A DNA stretch of 64,000 nucleotides. Source: Eledone cirrhosa (taxonomy: Eukaryota). Positions 42,276 to 54,906 of this stretch are shown one piece after another. The position numbers were made by a program, and so were the translations under genes. The stretch is taken from positions 54,250,001 to 54,314,000 of the forward strand of contig OZ024746.1 of assembly GCA_964016885.1 (NCBI GenBank), in the 5' to 3' direction. Numbering within the stretch: the first letter of the stretch is position 1; each line of letters opens with the position of its first letter. The notes under the pieces were generated by a model, which worked only from the letters and a program-made list of their open reading frames with translations, did no database searches and was not told where the DNA came from.

Positions 42276-43931
42276 AAACCCAGCAACCTGTATGGCCTAC
42301 CGAAAGTTCATAAGTCAAAAGAAATACAACTGGCAGTAAGAGAACAAAACAGTGAGTACATTAAATTATTACACCCAAAAGACTTAAAACTTAGACCTAT
42401 TATAGCTGGTCCAACATGCCCCACCCACCGTCTAAGCAATTTTGTTGACATTATTTTGAAACCACTATGTATTCACATACCCAGTTTCATCCGGGATGAT
42501 ATCGACTTCCTGTCCCATCTTCCCAAAACCACGGAAACGAATTCACTTCTACTCAGTTTTGATGTGGTAAGCCTTTACACCAACATTACACATGATTTAG
42601 GAATAAAGGCGGTTAAATACTGGGTGGAAAAACATAGAGAAGTGATTCCCATTAGATTCACAGCGCCATTTATATTAGACGCAGTTAAACTTATTCTGGA
42701 AAACAACACTTTCTTCTTCAATGGAAAGAATTACATCAACATTAGAGGCACAGCGATGGGAACGAAGTTTGCTCCCGTTTACGCGAACTCTGTAATGGGA
42801 TACTTAGAACAACAACTCTACCAAGAAATAGAGGAAAAATATAGTACTGACTTTAGAAAGTATATTGAAAAATCTTGGAAGAGATACCTTGACGACTGTT
42901 TCATCATCTGGACAGAATCTCTAGATACTCTGGATGAGTTCATTATCCTCCTGAATAACCTACACCCATCTCTCCAATTCACAAAAGAGATGAGTAGGAC
43001 CAAATTACCATTCGTAGATATAATGATAATCAAAAACGACACCACCATTACCACGGATATATATTATAAACACACAGACACCCATCAATATCTGAATTTT
43101 AAGTCGTGCCATCCACCTCATACAAAACGCAACATCCCATACTGCCTAGCCAGAATAATTTGTACCATTGTAGAAGATACGAATACCAGGTACAAACGCC
43201 TAACAGAACTAAGAGAATTTTTGCTCAAACAAAAATACCCATCTCTACTTATAGGAAATGACATACAGCGGGCTATAAAAATACCTATACAACAACTTAG
43301 AACAACCCAAGGAAGAAGAAACCAAGAACTGGTCATACCATTTATAATGACACACAACCCATGTCACCAGAATATCTTCAACACTGCCAAAGCAAACCTA
43401 CCGATCATTGCTCAAAGTAATGAATTAAAAGGCTTAATCACAGATCGATCTTTGACTCTTAGTAAAAGACAGCCAAAAAATTTGAAGCAATTACTAACAC
43501 AAGCAAAGTTTGACCTTAACAACAAAGACCAATCATTCACTGTATCTAAATGCAATGATAGTCGATGCGGCACATGTCAATCCATACACGCCGGTCAATA
43601 TATGAAAACAAAAACTGGAAAAATATTCCCAAATGCAAATATGAACTGCAAAAGCAGAAATCTAATTTACTGCATTAAATGCCCGAATTGTGAAGAACTA
43701 TATGTCGGTCAAACTGGAAATGCACTATCGGAACGTGCACGGGTACACCGTCAACAAATCAGAGACCCAAATGTCCGTCAGATACCTCTAAGCGGCCACC
43801 TGGCAACATGTGGTCAGGGAATATTTATAATATTCCCATTCTACAAATTACACAGCCCAAGTGAAATCAAGAGAAAAATCAAAGAAAAGAATTTTATTGA
43901 TAAATTCAAACCCAAGCTAAATGAACAATAA
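42276..43931 (+). CDS. PLE reverse transcriptase + GIY-YIG endonuclease (open frame, native start missing)
   Basis: Frame is open 60 codons upstream of the listed ORF ([16 protein letters not shown]); [26 protein letters not shown], CxxxxCxxC linker, [17 protein letters not shown] of the CCHH motif. Confidence 0.9.
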   Translation, partial: KPSNLYGLPKVHKSKEIQLAVREQNSEYIKLLHPKDLKLRPIIAGPTCPTHRLSNFVDIILKPLCIHIPSFIRDDIDFLSHLPKTTETNSLLLSFDVVSLYTNITHDLGIKAVKYWVEKHREVIPIRFTAPFILDAVKLILENNTFFFNGKNYINIRGTAMGTKFAPVYANSVMGYLEQQLYQEIEEKYSTDFRKYIEKSWKRYLDDCFIIWTESLDTLDEFIILLNNLHPSLQFTKEMSRTKLPFVDIMIIKNDTTITTDIYYKHTDTHQYLNFKSCHPPHTKRNIPYCLARIICTIVEDTNTRYKRLTELREFLLKQKYPSLLIGNDIQRAIKIPIQQLRTTQGRRNQELVIPFIMTHNPCHQNIFNTAKANLPIIAQSNELKGLITDRSLTLSKRQPKNLKQLLTQAKFDLNNKDQSFTVSKCNDSRCGTCQSIHAGQYMKTKTGKIFPNANMNCKSRNLIYCIKCPNCEELYVGQTGNALSERARVHRQQIRDPNVRQIPLSGHLATCGQGIFIIFPFYKLHSPSEIKRKIKEKNFIDKFKPKLNEQ

Positions 43932-44139
43932 TAACGCCTAGGGGTACTACTCCAACTACCACTATGACCACGACCACTAACAACAACAACAACAACAACA
44001 ACAATAATAATAATAATAAAAGTGATGTTGATGGTGATGATTAATAGAAAATGCTATTTTCATCATTTCTAAACATAGCAAAACAATTGATGCTTTGGAT
44101 ATGATCATTGGTCGTTAGCATGCTCAACCAGCCGTGACG

Positions 44140-44252
44140 CTTAAACCAATCAGCTTTAGTAATTCAGTGAAACTACACACTGATTGGTCGAAATACAGTT
44201 TACAGGCTTAGCATTCTGGAGCCACTTTTCTCTGTATAAAATGTATAAAAGG
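44140..44252 (+). promoter_or_regulatory. Putative pLTR Pol II promoter
   Basis: CCAATCAG (~44146), inverted CTGATTGG (~44180) and two TATAAAA boxes (~44236, ~44244) upstream of the hammerhead. Confidence 0.4.
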
Positions 44253-44313
44253 TAGGAAATTTACCCATCTCATTACAGTTGAAAATTGCAAACTCGACTG
44301 TCACCACATATCA

Positions 44314-44352
44314 TGAACCTGAAGATTGCGAAAGCATGAAAGTACTTGTTCA
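44314..44352 (+). ncRNA. Minimal type I hammerhead ribozyme in PLE 3' UTR
   Basis: TGAAC CTGAAGA TTGC GAAA GCAT GAAA GTAC TT GTTCA; palindromic AAGTACTT stem III typical of dimer-active PLE hammerheads. Confidence 0.85.
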
Positions 44353-44467
44353 ATTAACACTTAGAATTTAATATTCTATCATACTATTTCATTATAATAC
44401 AATTATATATTTTAAAGGATTGTAAATAAAACGAGTAAATCAGACAAAGTTAGAATTCCTCTTATTA

Positions 44468-44522
<55 letters not shown>

Positions 44523-44642
44523 ATGCATAGGCATGTCTGTGTCTAATGTGTTCGCTTAGCATTCAAATGCTTACTTGTTGAAACTCACTGAAGGCCACAT
44601 ATTGAGCAGGTGTTTTCTGCCACATCTAAATCTATGTGTATT

Positions 44643-44752
<110 letters not shown>

Positions 44753-46959
44753 AATGTGTGTGTCTTTGTGTGAGTGTGTGTGTTTTTTTGTTCGTGTTTT
44801 CGTATATATTTGTGACTGTATCTAATTATGTGTCCTGTAACTAAAAAAAATAAACTATCGATAAAGTAAGTATTAGTCTTTTAAAATAAATAAGCCCAAC
44901 GGTCGATATAGTTGATTGAAATCCATAGAAATGGGCGTTCAAGCATGGCCACATTTAATCAATAAAAGAGTAAATGACATGGAAATGGTGGTTTGTACTT
45001 TTTCTTGTTGGTATGTGTCATGTATATTCAGTAACAATGCTAGTAATTAGTTACTATCTCCTGAGTTCAAATCCCAGCAGGTTCAACCTTGCTTTTCACC
45101 TTTCCAAGGACGATAGATTTGAGGACCGCTCAAGTACAGAGGTCATTTTTCTCGCCTACTCTCTTCGACTACGTTTCAATCCATAGGCCACTCTTAGAAA
45201 TATATATTGATCTTCATCAATTATTGATATAGTATTTTGTCGAGAATATGCTTACCTAAATATATAACAAAAAAACTACAGTCATCACAATGTGAGTCGG
45301 TTGTATTAACATACTTTCAGTAAATGTTTTAAGTGTCCGAGCATCCTTTAGCAGTAAAAGACACTCTATCATTTGTCTTACCCTTGATCAAGCAGAACTT
45401 CCAGGGTGTGACAGCGGAAAGGAACATTGACCTCAAAGACAAATATCCTATACTTTCACGACTCTGTCAAATTGACCGATATAACAATATATTCATTATT
45501 AATTAGATTATATGATTATATGACGAAAACAATGAAAGGAAGCCCAGAAATCAAAACCTCCTCGTGAAGGAAAAGTAAAGAAAAATATACATATTTGAAT
45601 GTTTTATGTGTTTCAAAATCTTTTACATAGATTTTTGTTTCACATATTTCTGCATAACACTTACATATTAAATATGGATGGAACGAGCAAAACACGTAAA
45701 TCTATGTGGGTATGTGGGATTAATAGCAATATATATCTATAAGTTTATTGCGGAATATGAGGAATATTTGTGTCTCTAAAATCTGCACGTTTTGGCCTTC
45801 GGTTTTGAAGTTGGCTGAACAAATTTAATCTTTCAGGAAAAAATTTTTAAAAAAATTTTTCTGCTATTACTTGTGTAAATTCGAAGTTATTCTTGCGGCA
45901 GTTCTGTTCTGTTTATATAATAATACAGTTTTGTTTTTCTTGTTCATTGAGTGAGGAGATATATAATATGCATATTTGGAGACTTTGTATCAATGTCAGC
46001 TATTTTAGAGTCCGTAAGAATAGAAAATGGCTGATAATTTATTATTTACACTAGCTTCAAGGCTGAAAATGACAGCAGTTCTTTATGCGCTTACTGCCTC
46101 TGGTCTCCATTCCAATTTTGTTGGTGTTTGGAACTATAGGTTCCAAAATATTCTCTCAGATTCTGGTATCTATCTACCAGGTATAGTTATGTAGTTAAAA
46201 ACCTCTTCGAAACCATATAGTTCTGATTTCGATCCCTCTCGTGGAACCTGGATCAAGTACGTATTTCATACTCTACTCTTAACATTGTTTAATGCATTGA
46301 GAATAGAATTCCTTAGTTAGCCAGATCTGGTTTCTGTTGTTATTGGTGTTATTTAGCCTCGTGACAGCTCTGACTAAGAAGATTACAAGTGGTCTAATAG
46401 TGACATTCCCGGCTTTCGCTCTTTTTCGGACATGGTGTATCTACGATCATTTATATAAGGTGTCCATTGTGGTATTTAAAGATAGTTGAATTATATTTGA
46501 TGAACATTTAGCTGCATATAGGAAACTTCGTTGAATCAGATAGATGAATCATTGGATCACCTAAATCGCCATTCTTTTCTTTGGATTCGCTAGGAGGCTC
46601 CTTCTTTGGATCTCATAGTGGCCATGTCGTTGAGTCGTATTCTGGTTCATATCGTTGTTGTTGTTTAGTACTAAATCAACCCAATCATCGTGCATACATG
46701 TGATCAAATGAATCCCAGCTATATCCAACAGGTCTTTATTTCGTTTGAGAAGGAGGACGCAGACTAAATTATCTAAATCTAACAAGTTCTGCGTTTCAGG
46801 GTGATTTCCGCTTCCAGGGAGAGTTACTAACAACCTATTCTAAGAGATAGACGGACAATGTAGATGGCCTCTCGTTGGTTTATTAGTAGATATTCATGTA
46901 GCCGGTTAAACGCGAAGACACCTCTATACACCTTCCTGTGTTTTCTAATAGCAATAATT

Positions 46960-47240
46960 ACCGAGTAAAAGGCACTCCGTCGGTTACGACGATGAGTGTT
47001 TCAGTTTATTCGATCAACGGAACTGACTGCCCATAAAATTAACGTGCATGTGGCTGAGCATTCCACAGACACGTGTAACTCTAACTTAGTTGTCAGAGAG
47101 GTTCAGCGTGATACAGAATGTGACAAGGCTGGCCATTCGAACTACAGGTACAACTCATTTCTGCCACCGGGTTGGACTGGAACAACGTGAAATAAAGTGC
47201 CTTCTTCAAGGAAACACTGCAACCACTGGGAACCGAACTT
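46960..47240 (-). mobile_element. SINE relic related to the 23800 family core
   Basis: Minus strand AGTTCGGTTCCC..GTGTTTCCTTGAAGAAGGCACTTTATTTCACGTTGTTCCAGTCCAACC. Confidence 0.6.
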
Positions 47241-48199
47241 TCAAGAATTCATACACATATCTATACATACATGCACGCACAGGCACAAACGCACCAAGCC
47301 TATATATAATTTATATACACATGTGCACACACACACATTGATAAGAATAAGAAGAGTTTGTATGTGAGCGTGAGAGAGAGTGAACTAAAGTAAGGCAGAA
47401 AAATATTAGTAAAGAACGAATTATCTTCTACTATATAAATGCTACAGCCATACGCTTTAAAATCTCTATAACCATATTCACCCTTTAAAAATTCATAAAT
47501 AAAAAAATGCACAACTCTCGCTGAAACAATTTGAAAACTTAAATATTCTCCAACCTTGTCAACAATCCGATCTGGCAGTCCATTATTGGTAGAAGGTAGG
47601 GTACAATTTATGTAATATAGGCAGTCTTGAAATAATTTGATAGAGAGCAGCTACAATTAATATAGGGTTGCTTGCTTGTTACGACCAGCATTTTAACAAA
47701 ACATTCTTGTAATCGATAAAAATGTATGTTTCCTTCCCACAATAGCATAAATTAAGTAAACAAATCCTAACGACAATACTCTGTAACATATACCATGACT
47801 TATTTCAACATTAAACCCTACGTTAAACATATAACGTTATAACTTCCCCAATGATCACGTAACAGTCAAGCGCACAATACATTCTTACACTGTATTAACC
47901 TTTGATTGGTAATAATAAACCGGTAAATATTCATGGATTTTGTTTTAGACACACCCTTTTTCTTTACACTTTAATACACACCTGCATATACTTTTTTGAT
48001 TCAATCACATATTCCTTTCGTATATATATATATATATATATATTTCTGCATTCTTACACGACGATTTGTAAATAATCGTCAATAATCTGGAATGGCTCGC
48101 CAGGCGCGACTCCCGCACCATTCCCTGTGGAAACGCCTTTTCTATTCTGTCCACACTGGTGACGTGTCGACCAGCGCGTGGGCCCCCATTTGCTCATAA

Positions 48200-48620
48200 T
48201 AATTATTTCTACATTTGGCGCAAGGCGAGCAATTATCCCAGTGTGTTACTGGTACTTTATTTTATCGACCCCGAAAGGATGAAAGGCAAAGTTAATCTCG
48301 GCGGGATTTGAACTCAGAATGGCAAGGGCCGTAACTCTTTGCTGCAAAGCATAGCGTCCGAACCTCTGCCGTTACTACCAATCCACCGCCATTTGCTCAT
48401 AATAATGGTTTCTTATATAGGCACAAGGCCTGCAATTTTGAGGGAGGGGAAAGTCGATTAAATCGACCGCAGTGCGTGACTGGTATTTTATTTTATCGAC
48501 CGCGTGAGGATGAAAGGTAAAGTTAACCTCGGCGGGATTTGAACTCAAACCATAAAGCGGCGTAACTCTTTGCTGCAAAGCAAGGCGTCCGACCCTCTAC
48601 CGTTACTACAAATCCACCGC
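48200..48620 (-). mobile_element. Head-to-tail Meta-SINE pair
   Basis: Two full copies; CATTTGCTCATAAT occurs before, between and after them. Confidence 0.85.
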
Positions 48621-48669
48621 CATTTGCTCATAATGAGAGATGGGGGTAGCGGGAGAAACGGAGGCAGTG

Positions 48670-49990
48670 ACAGTGGGAGTTTGGTTCTTATATCTACATC
48701 TGACGCGTGGAACATCGCCGGTAAGCATTTTTATTAATTTCTATACAAAAAACCGAACTAATTGTTTGAAAAAACATAACAGTTTGTAGATTAACCCCAA
48801 GCTGAATTGTCAGCTGGGTGGTAATCCCATTTTTCGCCCCTGTAGGGGCGAACATTTTATTTTTAAAATTTGTTTTAAAATATCACATTTTACAAACTAA
48901 ATAACTTGAGCAACACAAGAACGCTGGAGAACGTTAGTAGAGAAAAGAGAGAGAAAGAGGCAGACACTAACGTTATATCTGCTTCTGCTACTATGGACGT
49001 CGCCATAGATACGACTGTCAACGAAGAAAAAAAAAAGTATTACCACTTGAAGATTTTAAAATTTCTACCGTCGAATTGGAGAAAAATAACAGTAACACAC
49101 AGGAAAAAACAGGAATTAAACCCATTAACATACATACACATGAAAAAGACATCAACAACTCTACAGATATATCTACACATAATGTTTCACCTCGACAAGG
49201 AACTGAGATTTCCAACACAGAGCCTAACAACGATAACAACAACAACAACAGCAACACCACACAAAAAAAGAAAATGTCTTTCGCTGAAACAGTGAACAAA
49301 AAACAAGATTTTATAAATCTTGATATCTCCAACGCAAGAGATATGCTCCAGCAAGGGAAAAAAATGTGTAACTTTCGAAGAAAGAGGGGGTTTAGAATTA
49401 ATTCACCCCTTGAAATAAAGGAAGACACAATTCGCAGATCAGTCACCTTTAGGACTGTGTCAAATTCCAGAAGAAAGCCGACATTTGTTAACCAAGCAGA
49501 TATAGAAGATACTTTCAAGGAAATTCTAGCAAATGTCGATTTTCTCCAGCGAGGAAAACAGTACGGAAGTGTTTCCGTACTGTTTAAAAGCGAGGCACTC
49601 GCACAAAAACACCCCGTGACACCAATGGTGTCAAAAGCATACACCTTTTTCCCTACATACATGGGAAAAAGGACACAAAAATAAAAATAAAAAACATACC
49701 TCCAAACATTAAAATCTGGTGGATCTTGGCTGGCTTCGTAGAACCAGAAACTGATATGATACTTTCAATACGAAAATCTATTCGACAAAGGTGGGCGGGT
49801 ACAGATTTGGAAATTCTGTTGCAAATGAAACCGGAGAGAATCTCCAAAATACCCGAAAAACTCGTTATCGATAATAACAAAATAAACATTTCGGTAGAAG
49901 GACGAACATTTCGTTGCTTTCGCTGTGGTAGCACAGCACACCTAAAAGCCTCTTGTCCACAAACACACAACAACATCATTAAAAAAACAT
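48670..49990 (+). mobile_element. 5' part of a non-LTR retrotransposon: frameshifted gag-like ORF1 (L1/Tx1-like, tentative)
   Basis: ORFs 49076-49684 (SFAETV motif) and 49726-50052 with zinc knuckle CFRCGSTAHLKASCP. Confidence 0.6.
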
Positions 49991-50588
49991 CAGCCGTCGG
50001 GGTCTTACTTACTCCTATATATATATATATAAATATAAAGAAAAAAAGATGAAATCGAAAATGTAACTGGTGTCTTATTTTTTTTTAAATATATATATTT
50101 ATTTGGTTCCTTTACCGGTTTCGCAGTTCTTCTGCTTTTCAAAAGTAGAGTGGAGATGGAGGGTCTGTGGTTAAAAAAAAAGCCTTCGTGAGCCCCTTTT
50201 TTCAAGTAAAAAGAAATTCAAACACTCATATATGAAAAAACAACCTGTGACACCCCCCCCTCTTATTTGAAGAACTATTGTAACACGAACTGGCGCGAAA
50301 TTTATTATAATCATTGACCAACCAATCCAATTACTTCTTGAAAAACCTTGCATTTCGAGCCACTTTTTCCATATAAAACAAGTAACATTCAGAGACCAAC
50401 CAGATGTGAGAAAAACCACAGACCCTCCATCTCAACTCTACTTTTGAAAAGCAGAAGAACTGCGAAATCGGTAAAGGAACCAAATAAATATATATATTTA
50501 AAAAAAAATAAGACTCCAGTTGCATTTTCGATTTCATCTTTTTTTCTTTATACTTTCACTCGTGTAGGACACCTCGGTTATTTTTCAT

Positions 50589-50623
<35 letters not shown>

Positions 50624-50934
50624 CACTTTCTAATATATATATATCTATATATATATATAAATGAATAGAATGAAACGAAATTTCATTTCTCACTCTTAAT
50701 ACGGCACTTACTTAAAGGTAAGTATATATGTATACGTACATACATATATATATACAGACGTACAGTAGCATGTATATATATACATACAGGCACACATACA
50801 TATATGCACGTATCAGTTTACCGAACATTTATTATAATGCTCGGTTTGTTCGTTTGTAAACAAACAAACAGCCTGAATTACGCCGTACAGTGTTTAGCAA
50901 CCACGTCACCTTTTTGTTCAACACTGACACAGGA

Positions 50935-50977
50935 ACGATGTACTAGTTTCAAGCTTATTAGCTATCGTCAGCACCGT
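50935..50977 (-). ncRNA. Minimal type I hammerhead ribozyme
   Basis: ACGGTG CTGACGA TAGC TAATAA GCTT GAAA CTAG TA CATCGT; palindromic ACTAGT stem III. Confidence 0.85.
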
Positions 50978-51010
50978 ATACCTTTCTGCCAGATGGTTGA
51001 ACGTCCGAAG

Positions 51011-51058
51011 GTATATACTTCCTTATGAAAATTAACGGCTGAGCAGCCTAATTTGCAT
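51011..51058 (-). promoter_or_regulatory. Putative snRNA-type promoter cassette (octamer, PSE-like, TATA)
   Basis: Minus strand ATGCAAAT (51058-51051), CTCAGCCGTTAATTTTCATAAG (loose PSE match), TATATA (51017-51012), ~35 nt upstream of the ribozyme. Confidence 0.4.
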
Positions 51059-51207
51059 ATCGAGTGAGTTCAGTCGGCCAGGCGCACCGAAAACGATAAA
51101 TGGAATAGAATGAAATGAAATTTCATTTCTCACTCTTAGTACGGCACTTACTTAAATGTAAGTATGTATGTATACGTACATACATATATGTATACAGACG
51201 TACAGTA

Positions 51208-51261
<54 letters not shown>

Positions 51262-52241
51262 GCACACATACATATATGCACGTATCAGTTTACCGAACAT
51301 TTATTATAATACTCGGTTTGTTCGTTTGTAAACAAACAAACAGCCTGAATTACGCCGTACAGACAAACAGCTTGCGGTAGTAAAAAAATAAATAAAATAA
51401 ACCGAAGATCGAAAAACAAAAACAAGTATATTTACTTAGGTGTCACAAGCGGTTCTGACCATGTAATTTCATTAATATATGTCTGTATGTCAACCACGTT
51501 AATATATTTTGTAATATTTTGGGATATTTTGGTAATATTTATGCCAACGTAAAATGACTTGACCTCCGTGTATTTGTTACAATGGTATAGACATTTTTTC
51601 AATACAATTTTTTCAACACAATTTAGTTCTATATGATTTTTTTCTTACCCTGTGTAAAACTTTATACTATTTGTTAACCTTGAATTATATGTATGATGTA
51701 ATTTTGTATATCTTTTGATGCCAATATATTATAATATTGTTATTATAATGTTATTATAATGTTTCTATATTGTTTATGCACACTGACAGGGAATTATATA
51801 TTACATTTATTTTTATTTTTATCTTTATTCTTATTTTTATCTTTATTATATTATACTGTAAACAATATATATATATTTAAATACTTAATAAGTGTTAGTT
51901 TGTATTTGTACTAATGTGTATATGTATATATATATATATATATATACATACATTAAGCTTTTTATTATCACCATCTATCATATTATATTATATTCTATAT
52001 CGTACTGTAATTCTCGCATTATATTACCATTTGTGTTTCAAGTTTTTGCATTATACAATATTTGCAATGTGGGTTCAGCATGTTAATCACTTCCTTGCTA
52101 TTTGGTCCATATCAATGTTTGTAACTGCTCACTCTTAATCTTAGCTAACTTTTCCTCGATATATTTCCTGAGCTTTAGTAGATGTATACTCCATATTCTT
52201 CTGAGTTTTTGGCTTGTATTGGCCGATAGTGCTTCTTGTAG

Positions 52242-52295
52242 CTTTACTTGCCCTGATGAGTCCTTAATAGGACGAAACATTGTTGGCTAATAAAG
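52242..52295 (+). ncRNA. Type I hammerhead ribozyme
   Basis: CTTTA CTT GCC CTGATGA GTCCT TAAT AGGAC GAAA C ATT G TT GGC TAA TAAAG; overlaps AATAAA; (TA)n ~55 nt downstream. Confidence 0.85.
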
Positions 52296-52345
52296 ACTTT
52301 TGATGTATTGAAGGCTTCTTTGGTTTATTTTTTATAATTTTTATA

Positions 52346-52399
<54 letters not shown>

Positions 52400-52477
52400 G
52401 ATTTGTGCCTCCATTCATACATGTTGCATACTTATATATTACAAACTTTATTTTTAAAATCTTGATTCTTTGAACCA

Positions 52478-52882
52478 TACTTTGCAGCATAGAGTTACGC
52501 CCTTTACGATCTGTGTTCATATCCCATTGGGGTTAACTTTGCCTTTCCTCCTGGCGGGCTCGATAAAATAAAGTACCAGTAATGCACTGGAATAATTGCT
52601 GGCATTGTACCAAAAATAGAAACAATTGTTATTATATTATATTATTTATACTATTTATTAAGGGCAGCGGATTGGCAGTATCGGTAGAAGGTCGGACGCC
52701 ATGCTTTTCAGCATAGAGTTATGGCCCTTTACGATATGAGTTCAAATTCCGCCGGGGTTAACTTTGCCTTTCATCCTTACGGGGTCGATAAAATAAAGTA
52801 TCAGTTATGCGCTGGGTTCGATTTAATCGACTTTTCCCTCCCCCAAATTGCTGGCCTTGTGCCTATATGAGAAACCATTATT
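52478..52882 (+). mobile_element. Two Meta-SINE copies
   Basis: Family motifs at ~52478-52630 and ~52662-52882. Confidence 0.8.
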
Positions 52883-53815
52883 TATAATATTTATACTAAT
52901 AGTACTGGATACTCAAATGACATAAAAGTACGATGATTTAAAACTGGGTGTCTATAACCTTACCAGTAGCACAACAGCTATTATTATGGTAAAATGAAAA
53001 CAACTATGGTGATAGCAGTCAGACAATAGCTTCGGGTACTTGCCAATTGACAACACTATATTAGTGTCTACACCCCATAAACTATATTTACGATACATGT
53101 CTATCAAACCTCACCATGTTTTCTTTTGTTTTTATATATGAAATTCCTTTGCGAAATATTTCTCAACTACCCTATGAATCTCATTATGATATTAACTTAT
53201 CTTATATCTAACGTTCGTTGATCATTCTGACATCAGGTCCGCCGGGTGTGAAATAGTTTAATTATTTTAAGATTCTTATTTTTATAGTCATATTCTTTTA
53301 TTCCATATGTTTACATTCCAATATTTTTTGTTCACTTTATTTTAATTTATTTTATCATTATATGAGTTTTTGTTTCCATTTTGATTTGATATTGACTTTA
53401 TTTTTGGTCTTTTGTTTAATATTTCTTTTTTTTTCTGTAAGTGTTCCATGATGTCTGTGTATTTCTAGCGACAGATTGGTTTTATATCTGTCCCTATATC
53501 AACTCGTCTGAAGACGCGTTAATTGTCTGATTCCAGCTATGAAATCACAGTTGCCTTCAGCAGAATTATTATAGAAACAATTGTTAAGTAATAAACGTAT
53601 TGTATTGACCTCTTCGCCCCGTATTTTCATAACAATCTACAATCCTACTTTATGCTATGTTTGGACTTACTAGATTCCTGAACATACGAAAACTATAGAA
53701 TATCTGTGTATCATACCTTTAGCGGATCCAATGATCGCAGTTAGTGATAATAGGTTTTAAAAGAAATATAATTTTATAATCTACTAAACATAATATATGT
53801 ACTCACACAGACACA

Positions 53816-54061
<246 letters not shown>

Positions 54062-54079
54062 CGTGTGTGTGTGTCTGTG

Positions 54080-54152
<73 letters not shown>

Positions 54153-54171
54153 GTATATATATATATATATA

Positions 54172-54360
54172 TTGAAACAAAATGAAAACGAAATTTCATT
54201 TCTCACTCTTAGTATGGCACTTACTTAAATGTAAGTATGCATGTATACGTACATACATATATGTATACAGACGTACAGTAGCATGCACATATATATATAT
54301 ATATATACATATATACATACATATGCATACAGGTACACATACATATATGCACGTATCAGT
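54172..54360 (-). mobile_element. Family B 3' fragment
   Basis: AATGAAAACGAAATTTCATTTCTCACTCTTAGTATGGCACTTACTTAAATGTAAG.. next to (TA)n. Confidence 0.75.
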
Positions 54361-54390
54361 ATATATATATATATGCATACATACATAAAT

Positions 54391-54432
<42 letters not shown>

Positions 54433-54906
54433 TTGGTCGTCAAGTATCAAATTTGTAGCGAGGCATTAACAAACTTTGTTTTTTCAACAAATTTCATACT
54501 TGGCGACCCAGTATATATGTATACATAATTTACTAATGAAGCATATAAGATATAACTCAAAAGCTGGCTGCCTCATGGGGGCGCTGCTTGGCGTCATGTG
54601 AAGACGTACATTTCATTTCTTGCTGATGTTTCAGTAATTATTGATGTCTCATCAATTCTTTAGATGCGCTAGACGGAATTATTTCTCCCCATATAGTTTA
54701 GAATAAAATCCATTATTTTTGGTGATGTTGTTGGTGATGATGGCGTGAAATTAGTATACCGTTAAATTTTAGACTTGGATAATCTTAACCGTTAGAATGA
54801 GCGAAAACAATGCAAGATTACTGCCGAGAGGAAATTTAGTTGTTCATTAATTATGATTCAAAATTAGAAACCACTATTGTTGTTGTTGCAATTATTATTA
54901 TTATTG

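Larger units (their letters stand above)
42275..44468 (+). mobile_element. Penelope-like element (Neptune-type), 5' truncated
   Basis: RT + Cys linker + GIY-YIG ORF, 3' UTR with hammerhead, ends in (TA)n. Confidence 0.9.
50657..51362 (-). mobile_element. Family B retrozyme-like element, 439-bp unit x ~1.6
   Basis: 50657-50890 repeated at 51096-51362; the unique part holds a hammerhead; 3' end in (TA)n. Confidence 0.8.

Noticed and set aside
53500-53600. CTGAAGA..GAAACAATTGTT followed by AATAAA
   Set aside because: Stem I and base of stem II are mismatched; probable relic, not called as a feature
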